A DNA stretch of 64,000 bases from Cetorhinus maximus (Eukaryota): NCBI RefSeq assembly GCF_964194155.1, contig NC_135894.1, forward strand, positions 46,562,001 through 46,626,000, given 5' to 3'. The translations under genes and the position numbers were made by a program. Position 1 is the stretch's first letter, and each line of letters starts with the position of its first letter. Below the pieces are notes generated by a model. It was not told the DNA's origin, ran no database searches, and worked only from the letters and a program-made list of their open reading frames with translations. Below, one piece after another: positions 59,101 to 64,000 of the stretch.

Positions 59101-60841
59101 ATGTAGCACATTTAGCATAATGAAATGTTTGAAGGAGCATTATAAAACAATGCCAAGCCACATAAGGAGATATTGGGTCAGTTGGCCAAAAGCTTGATCA
59201 AATAGATAGGTTTTAAGGAAGCAAGTTAGAGAGGTGGTTAGGGAGAGAATTCCAGAGCTTGTGGCCTAGGCCTCTGAAGGCACAGCTACCAATGGTGGAG
59301 TACTTTATAATCAGGAATGCACAGGAGGCCAGAATTAGAGGAGCAGAGGGTTATGGGGCTGGAGGAGATTACAGAGATAGGGATGGACAAGGCCATGGAG
59401 GGATTTGAAAACAAGGCTGTGAATTTTAAAGTCAAGATATCGCTTGATCGGGAACGAATGTAGGTCGGCAAGCAAGGGATGATAGAGGAATTGTAGTAGC
59501 TGCAAGTTAAAACACAAATAGCAGGGTTTTGGAGGACCTCGAGTTTATGGAGGGTAGAATGTTGCAGACCAGCCTGGAGTGCTTTGGAATAATTGAGCCT
59601 AGGGGTTATAAAGGCAGGAATGAGGGTTGCAGCAGCAGATGAGCTGAGACAGGGGCGAAGTTTAGAGGCATTACCGAGGTGGAAATAAGCAGTCATATTG
59701 TTAGCACGAATATGAAGTTGAAAGCTCATCTTGAGATCAAATGTGACACCGAAGTTGTGAACAGACTGGCTTACTCTTAGACTATTGCCAAGGAGAGGGT
59801 TGGAGTCAATAGTCGGGGATCGAAGTTTTGAGCGGAGATTGAAAAAAATGGCTTCGATCTTCCCAATATTTAATTGGAGGAAATTTCTGCTCATCCAATA
59901 CTGAATGTTGGATATGCAGTCTGATAATTTAGCAACAGTGGAGGAGTTGAAAGAAGTGGTGGTGAGGTAGGGCTAGGTGTCAGGAGCATGCACGTGAAAA
60001 CTAACAGTGCCTTTAGATGATTTCACCGAAGATCAGAACATAGATGAAAATTGGAGGGGACCAAGGATTAATCTTTGGGAATACCAGAGATAACAGTGCG
60101 GGAACAAGAAGAGGCTTTGCGACTGATTCTGTGGCTGCGATTAAATAAGAATGGAACCATGTGAGGGCAATCCCACCCAGCTAAATAACAGTGGCAAAGC
60201 ATTGGAGGAGAATGGGGTGGTCAACTGTGTCAAAGGCTGCAGGCAGATTGAGAAGGAAGGAAAGTTTACCTTTGTCACGGTCACATAGGATGTCATTTTT
60301 GACATTGATGAGAGTCATTTCAGTACTGCAGCAGGGGCTACTTTTCAATGCAAGTTACACTATCACATTACACTTTACTGGAGGTGGGATGACATAGGAA
60401 CGTAGAATAAAAGAGTAGGCTATTCAGCTCCTTGAGCCTTTTCAGATATTCAATTAGATCATGAGAAAAGCATATAGATCTCATTTTTTGAACTCTTCAA
60501 TTGATCCAGCATCCACAGCCTTTTGAGGGAAGAGAGTTCTAGATTTCTACCACCCTTTGTGTGTTCCTAATGTTCCTTTGTAGAAAGGTGACTTCTTATA
60601 TCAGAAAACCTTGATCAACGTATCAGTTCATGTGTTCCTTGTCTGAACTTCCTTTCATGTTTAAATTGCTTTGCAGCAGAGGAAGTCTAGAGTCAACATA
60701 CCAAACCAAATCAATATAATCCTGAAAAACACATCTGACAGAGATAATGAGGACAATGAACAGAAGCTGGACAGGCCAATGGTAACCAACAGTGATTGCG
60801 AAGACATAGGTGATAATTATATGAACATCTCATTCGAGTGA
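14102..60841 (+). CDS. Spliced gene join(14102..14165,23654..23974,58649..58752,60677..60841): TIGIT-like single-IgV nectin/PVR-family immunoreceptor, 217 aa
   Basis: All three introns are GT..AG with matching phases (1,1,0); 64+321+104+165=654 nt open to TGA. Domain order is signal peptide-IgV-TM-tail with a tyrosine motif. Orthology to TIGIT (vs CD226/CD96/PVRIG/CD200-like) is inferred from architecture and motifs, not from a search. Confidence 0.8.
15585..16577 (+). mobile_element. Penelope-like retroelement 3' portion (GIY-YIG endonuclease + terminal repeat region)
   Basis: LVYCIRCSQCGFLYIGETKRRLGDRFAEHL...PVACHFN is the Penelope GIY-YIG signature. Tail gactcgaaa…cagatgctgccagacctgctgag. 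Confidence 0.9.
16895..19270 (+). mobile_element. Ty3/Gypsy LTR retrotransposon, 3'-truncated (5' LTR, PBS, gag, protease, partial RT)
   Basis: LTR with AATAAA ending ..CA at 17097; PBS-like TGGCAATGAGG at 17100; gag EDWSQYVERLGFYFIAN..ILLSVCG; Cys/His knuckles ~17870-17975; protease MEVDTGAS; RT YLED motif ~19094. LTR start approximate. Confidence 0.9.
18819..18937 (+). mobile_element. 119-bp Penelope terminal fragment inserted into the Gypsy RT
   Basis: Flanked by a perfect 14-bp duplication ATTAGAACTGGATA (18805-18818, 18938-18951); homologous to 16480-16577. Confidence 0.85.
19380..19612 (+). mobile_element. V-SINE-type SINE, 5'-truncated
   Basis: ttcctcccac…gttaggtggattggctatggtaaattgcccc V-domain, central (TG/CG)n tract, gccctgtgatggactggc…ggataggctcc tail, (gtga)n end. 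Confidence 0.7.
20865..21280 (-). mobile_element. DeuSINE/SacSINE1-like SINE
   Basis: Reverse-complement similarity to the copy at 41665-42110 (gctgt…gtgggac/tcttgctgt, ttcccacattacaacagtg). Confidence 0.6.
21686..22298. mobile_element. Harbinger-type MITE, complete
   Basis: Ends GGGCAGAATTTT / AAAACTCAGGCC, 3-bp TSD TCT (21683-21685, 22299-22301). Confidence 0.8.
22680..23370 (-). mobile_element. CR1 LINE 3' fragment, degenerate
   Basis: Colinear with the CR1 copy at 5460-6360. Confidence 0.7.
23654..23974 (+). CDS. Exon 2, IgV domain (GVQPKLTTKGNVTVAEGNSVTLQC...VEWNK...TITIREALKSDKGWYSCIFHTFPNGKQEEKMYLDVK)
   Basis: Polypyrimidine tract + TAG acceptor (23651-23653), 321-nt open phase 1-1 exon, B-strand Cys (VTLQC), C-strand Trp, D-x-G-x-Y-x-C, TFPxG motif, donor AG|GTAAAG at 23975. 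Confidence 0.93.
24810..26350 (-). mobile_element. L2 LINE fragment (continues ~28040-28420)
   Basis: KTAYFYLCNIA…ETLVHAFVMPRLSYFNALLAGLP and SCSLDPIPTKLL are L2 ORF2 motifs. Confidence 0.85.
26350..28040 (-). mobile_element. CR1 LINE with internal deletions (ORF1 esterase piece, endonuclease, 3' tail) nested in L2
   Basis: (aacataag)n tail at 26351; IIMGDFNLHINW…LDLVL…LGSSDHN endonuclease; RLCCLPGARV…VVMVHVGTGDIG ORF1 esterase motif. Confidence 0.85.
29885..30700 (-). mobile_element. CR1/L2-group LINE (family 2) 3' end
   Basis: IYKSQVRIVMEYSPLAWMSAAPTTLKKIDTVQDKATRLIG with an A-rich tail at 29885. Confidence 0.85.
31344..31628. mobile_element. Harbinger-type MITE, truncated
   Basis: Starts GGGCAGAATTTT, colinear with the 21686 copy; right half lost. 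Confidence 0.7.
34188..34521 (-). mobile_element. tRNA-derived SINE with family-2 LINE tail
   Basis: Minus-strand head GGGGAGGTGATG…, B-box GGTTCGAGTCC (~34435-34447), 3' tail matching the LINE tail at 46270-46335. Confidence 0.75.
35029..35860 (+). mobile_element. Penelope terminal fragment split by a MITE (35029-35066 and 35802-35860)
   Basis: Rejoined sequence …ggactccaaacgttaactct|gttctctctccacagatgctgccagagctgctgag matches 16480-16577. Confidence 0.75.
35067..35801. mobile_element. Harbinger-type MITE, complete, 735 bp
   Basis: Perfect 12-bp TIR GGGCAGAATTTT / AAAATTCTGCCC, TSD TCT (35064-35066, 35802-35804), CpG-rich (young). Confidence 0.92.
37057..38704 (+). pseudogene. Harbinger Myb/SANT-like DNA-binding protein gene (3 exons, disrupted)
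   Basis: PRFNEGSLERLLDAMEAYREVLYP…AWEAEAVVASAN…KRTATQCHKRMNDL; donor at 37302, exon 3 acceptor before 37734; +1 frameshift in a C-run, mutated exon 2 splice sites, in-frame stop ~37952. Confidence 0.8.
39480..40675 (-). pseudogene. Harbinger DDE transposase (HARBI1-like), disrupted
   Basis: LPVAVKVTAVL…GISQS, FPQVQGVIDCTH, KGFHSLNIQLV, FPGSVHDA, VEQTIGMLKMRFRCLD, IVVVCCTLYNL; the GDxGY motif is deleted and frameshifts are present. Confidence 0.9.
41665..42110 (+). mobile_element. DeuSINE/SacSINE1-like SINE, near full length
   Basis: Deu-domain-like gcagcattgtc…tgaggccc…tcccatggcactatttgaa…gctgtttgtgggatct, and an L2-type tail (…atataaataaac). Confidence 0.7.
42512..42556. repeat. Perfect 21-bp inverted repeat with a 3-nt loop
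   Basis: CGCTGTTGATGATGCTAAACA-aca-TGTTTAGCATCATCAACAGCG. Confidence 0.95.
43108..43610 (-). mobile_element. RTE-clade LINE 3' fragment
   Basis: LKGRNYKTVLTPALLCSAETWA…EMQMLRCMCGVTKKDKIR is the RTE RT C-terminal motif; (GAA)n tail. Confidence 0.8.
43865..44550 (+). pseudogene. Degenerate Harbinger Myb/SANT gene remnant
   Basis: LEALV…WEQVARKV…RTWQQCHKKSNNL motif and a downstream acceptor ctcttacag. Confidence 0.6.
45696..46345 (+). mobile_element. CR1/L2-group LINE (family 2) 3' end
   Basis: Reverse complement of 29885-30550; ends in gaatgaatt+A tail. Confidence 0.85.
46350..50230 (-). mobile_element. Long family-2 LINE copy (tail 46350-46400, body 48202-50230) interrupted by the Gypsy element
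   Basis: Rejoined …ggtgagctgccttct|taaaccctgcagtcc matches the other copies; RT motifs (GVPQDSVL, IYKAQIKTVMEYSPLAW). Confidence 0.85.
46401..48201 (-). mobile_element. Compact, internally deleted Gypsy element with both LTRs (1801 bp)
   Basis: LTRs 46401-46692 and 47912-48201 (TG…CA); PBS TGGCGATGAGG (47899-47909, -); PPT at 46693-46704; 5-bp TSD CTTCT (46396-46400, 48202-48206); gag start PQLGRIEPFDQTTDDWSHYIE…LLLTCGSKTYALIRSL. Confidence 0.92.
50232..51462. mobile_element. Harbinger deletion derivative (Myb exon 1 + right end)
   Basis: MSMKGKKTAAP…LERLLDAVEA homologous to 37057-37301; right end GGAAAACCTCGGCC; left TIR missing. Confidence 0.7.
51674..52275 (-). mobile_element. CR1 LINE 3' fragment
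   Basis: MIPGMEGFSYEERLSALGLYSLEFRRMRGELIETYKILRGLDRVD…FFSQRVVNLWNSLP. Confidence 0.9.
52280..53670 (+). mobile_element. CR1 LINE endonuclease/linker fragment
   Basis: VESIWVEIRN…YGPPNS…GDFNLHVDW…PLGNSNHNIVEF and MAEELNKHFASVF. Confidence 0.9.
55242..55648. mobile_element. Harbinger-type MITE, internally deleted
   Basis: Ends GGCCAGGAGTTTT / AAAATCCTGCCC, internal aaacctcatcc…ggatgaggttt hairpin, flanks ATC/ATG. Confidence 0.7.
58180..58293. mobile_element. Tc1/mariner-pogo-type terminal remnant
   Basis: Repeated (g)tcgact-ta-tac-c motifs ending GAGTATATAGGGTA, resembling …GAGTATATACGG|TA ends. Confidence 0.4.
58649..58752 (+). CDS. Exon 3, short stalk + transmembrane helix (DAVSNSFNLTAYVSIGVVLAVLAIGIILILLRYVH)
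   Basis: ctctttctAG acceptor, ~21-residue uncharged hydrophobic stretch followed by Arg, donor GTAAGT at 58753; phase 1 in, phase 0 out. Confidence 0.85.
59085..60335 (-). mobile_element. L2 LINE 3' portion in intron 3
   Basis: MSRNFLQLNIGKIEAIFF…HNFGVTFD…AYFHLGN…LIPAFITPRLNYSKALQAGL; AAFDTVDH motif at ~60215-60240. Confidence 0.88.
60390..60565 (-). mobile_element. Degenerate CR1 3' tail, ~110 bp upstream of exon 4
   Basis: cataggaac…gagtaggctattcagc…gcatccacagcc…gagttctagatt, similar to 26351-26600. Confidence 0.55.
60677..60841 (+). CDS. Exon 4, cytoplasmic tail QRKSRVNIPNQ...EDIGDNYMNISFE*
   Basis: tgctttgCAG acceptor; phase 0 gives a basic stop-transfer segment (QRKSR) and 54 open codons ending in an acidic stretch plus YMNI and TGA (60839-60841). 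Below the ORF-track threshold; read directly from sequence. Confidence 0.8.
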   Translation, partial: QRKSRVNIPNQINIILKNTSDRDNEDNEQKLDRPMVTNSDCEDIGDNYMNISFE

Positions 60842-60939
60842 TAGTTTTGAGATTAACCAAGAAACTATAAATTCATGGTTTTTGCACAGCTTTTTCATTG
60901 GTAAGGATGTACACTGAATATTGGTGAAGAATAATACTC

Positions 60940-60945
60940 AATAAA
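60940..60945 (+). terminator. Candidate polyadenylation signal AATAAA
   Basis: First AATAAA ~100 nt after the stop; another lies at 61237-61242. Usage unverified. Confidence 0.4.
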
Positions 60946-61496
60946 GAAAAAAAAACATGAAAGCTCAACACTTGTTATTGCAAATTATACTTAGGTTTCC
61001 AAAGATGCCATTGTGCAAAAAATGGGTCAGCTGACATTGCATTGTAATTAAGCTTTCAAAATATTTTGTGGTTCAGCAACATCAGTTGTGATGTTTTTAT
61101 GTGCAAAAACATTGAAGCCATGTTAAAAATCTGTTGTGAAAATAGTCCACCACCGTGGAGGTATTTCTGGGTAACTTCCAGAATTATGTACGTCATACAC
61201 TGATGCAAATGCTTAAATGGCAGGGAAACTATTTGCAATAAATTAACCATGAAAATGAAGAATATTCAAAAATATTAAAGATTAAACTTTTATTGTCTTG
61301 CTTCAGGGAATAGACTAATGTAGAAGAAATTAAGATTTGCAATCATTATACTGTGATTTGTTTTACAGACTTATTTTTAAAGAGATGTTTGCAATTTCAT
61401 AGTTTTCAGTTTTTCATCCCCTCTTGAAAGTGCTATGACAAGATTTCCTGACCATCTCTGGTCTAGAACTGGGCTTGTTCAGCCTAGATATACCAT

Positions 61497-61955
61497 GGCC
61501 AGAATTTTATGCACCCCCACCACGGCAGGTTCTGAGACATGCGGGGAGCATGAAATTGCACAGAAGGGATTCCCTCCAGGTTCCCACTCGCCCCAACCTC
61601 GCAGAGATTTTAGGCTGGGGCAGGCAGGACCTCGAACAGGAAGCCCATCATTGCTCCAATTGAAGCCCATAAGTGGTCAATTAATGGCCGTTTCCCACTC
61701 AGCCTCAATTTTTAGACTGGCGGGCAGATGACAGCTCAGGGGTGGAAAGCCTGAAATGAAGAACGGTCGATCTCAGGTGGGAAGGAAGGGGGGTGGGGAC
61801 ACCTCCATTAGAGGCCCCCTTCTGACAGGGAGCACCCCCCCCTTAAGGCCTAGAGGCCTCCGGACCTCCCCCCGCCCCGGCCTATCCCTCCGAGACCCCA
61901 ATCGCCCACATCGCAACCACCCCTAGGTCTCCCCTACCCTCCCCGTCCTGGGAAT
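61497..61955. mobile_element. Harbinger-type MITE remnant
   Basis: Starts GGCCAGAATTTT, GC-rich body with caattgaagccc…ggtcaattaatggcc block; right end not found. Confidence 0.5.
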
Positions 61956-64000
61956 CCTGACACTTTCTGTCTTAATGCATTGAGGGGGATGGTTGGGAAC
62001 AGAGGTTCAAGGCCCCATGAATTCTTAATCTGACTCAGATTTGATTATTATATCTAATTTCATAGTTAGTGGCAAAAAGGCCAATAGAGAGACATGGACA
62101 GTTATTGCTAAACAGCTACACATCTAGTTTCTTATGAGACCATGACACCTCTGTTTTGTATACACTTCAGCATTCTTACTGTGTAGAAGATATAGCATAA
62201 TTTTTGAAAACGTTTTCACTGGTGCTAACAAAGTACATTATGAGGACTTGTTAAGATCCAAAGACTGCCAAGATATAAGATTTTCTTAAGATTTCCCTGT
62301 AAACTTTTACTGTATTGTCTTTTGCCTTAATTGCCATATGTTCGGGTAAGCCTGGTAAAGACTGACAAGGAATCCGTCTACACCTTTCGGCACAGTTAGC
62401 CTTCCCAGAAATGTTTGGATTGTTGTTGAAATTTTTGTGTGTTTTTTAACTTAGTTTCCAAGTGATCAATTTAATCAATGTTAGATGGCATGCCTGGATG
62501 TAAAGTATGAAATGATTGCTGTGTAGTACTTGTTGCTTTTCATAAATAAACAAGATTAGCATTGTATTCAGCTAATATTCTGTGTATATTAAAACATTCT
62601 AATACAATTTCAGATTAAAAAGGTTGCTGGTCTAATTTACTTTATGTAGATGAATTAACTGTTTAAATTGCCCTGATACACACATTCTGTTCCTGAGAAT
62701 GTTACTTCAAAATGCAGACACAATAGAAAGTGAAAACAATGCACAGCTCTCTCTTGAAAACAAATCATCAAAACAAAAGGCAAATCATTCCATAATGGCA
62801 TACAAAACATGTTTGTAGATAGAAAGACAGCTTTGCAGGGATTCAACTGAAATAAATATTACAAAATCCGTAATTTATAGTGACATACAATAAAATAGCA
62901 ATGATTACATAATCTGTGCCATATCTAGCAACTGAAATCCTGTAAAATATGACAGCTTGTCCTGTTCCACTTTCCTGAACCAATATTGAAATTAGCTTCT
63001 ACCAGCTCTGGAGCTCTGTAAATAATCCCTAGATTGGGACTGGAGTCATTTCTTAAATAAGAATGGCACTCTCCGAGATAGAGAATGTGTTGTTTGATGA
63101 TCCGGTTTTCTGTTTGACTTAATCAGCATCTGAATTTGCTAAAGGAGTTTCTTAGGAGTTACATCACAGTTCAATTTATTAATACTATGGCTCCCATACA
63201 TTTTCCAAGATATTTTCTAATCTGTCAGCATTCATCATGCCACAATCAAAAACCAACAGTGGAGACTTTCAGCCATCAGTTAAATGCAGGCCTTATACTA
63301 ATTTAGTGTTGGCTTATGAATCAGACCTCGGATTCTGTTGACTTGTAAATAGTCACTGTATAGTTTGATCTTGTGCTGTCTGCTTTCTACAGGCAGTAAA
63401 AGGTAACAAAAACAAATTTAAAAAGCCTCGAGGAGGACATCTCAAGTCCCTCCCAAGTGGGACAAAGACAGAAGTGGCCTCCGTGCTTTCAGCCATAAAG
63501 GTTCAATATTACGTAACCCGGGAAAGTCTATATAATTAGTTGTGTAAAAATCATAGTTAGGTTTTGTATATGTATGTCAAGACAATCAGAATTTCCCCAG
63601 TATACGGGGAGCACTACAGCAACAGGAGGGTAGGAAATGGTGAGTGCAGAGTCTCTTAAAGAGCGGCTGACATTTTGCTTCGTGCCTGCACAAAAATGAA
63701 GTCTGGAACAAGTGATAAAACTGACAACTAAAATTCTGGATCTGCTGTCTGAAGCGAGGTAGGTGCGAGAGGTTACTGTTTCGGTGCTGAAGCCTCCCAC
63801 TCAAACACCTGAAGAAAGCGTGGAAAGAGACGGCAAGCCCTGTTAATGCTGTCTCTTATGTACACAGGTCAGGGGAGCAAATTAGAAAGACATTCTTTGA
63901 TCTGAAGATGGCCCTCAAGGTTGGGCTGACTGATGGAAAGCCTGTACAACACATAAGCAATGCAGTCTGAAAAATACTGTTCCACCTGTTGTAACTTGGT

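Noticed and set aside
63528-63810. Minus-strand ORFs (90 aa, 72 aa) after a possible acceptor
   Set aside because: No recognisable domain, no ATG start and no partner exons visible; cannot be supported as coding.
1-64000. CRISPR array or prokaryotic operon
   Set aside because: No regularly spaced repeats and no dense ORFs; spliceosomal introns and vertebrate TEs show the DNA is eukaryotic.

Overview
Eukaryotic, repeat-dense vertebrate genomic DNA; the repeat families present (CR1/L2 LINEs, Deu-type and V-type SINEs, Penelope, many Harbingers) suggest a cartilaginous fish (inference). One host gene can be assembled on the + strand from four phase-compatible exons (14102-14165, 23654-23974, 58649-58752, 60677-60841). 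It encodes a 217-aa type I membrane protein: signal peptide, one IgV domain with the nectin/PVR-family 'C-x-F-H-T-F-P-x-G' motif, a TM helix, and a short tail ending DNYMNISFE. This is TIGIT-like in architecture, with an ITT-like YxN motif but no ITIM. Most of the remaining sequence is nested, degenerate transposable elements. These include a full-length 4.8-kb PIF/Harbinger with perfect TIRs and TAT TSD, a 10.9-kb nested Harbinger that splits a CR1, hairpin-rich Harbinger MITEs, two Gypsy elements (one compact with both LTRs and a 5-bp TSD), Penelope pieces with hammerhead-ribozyme remnants, and CR1, L2, RTE and SINE fragments. Repeat boundaries are approximate unless TIR/TSD coordinates are given. 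No database searches were run.
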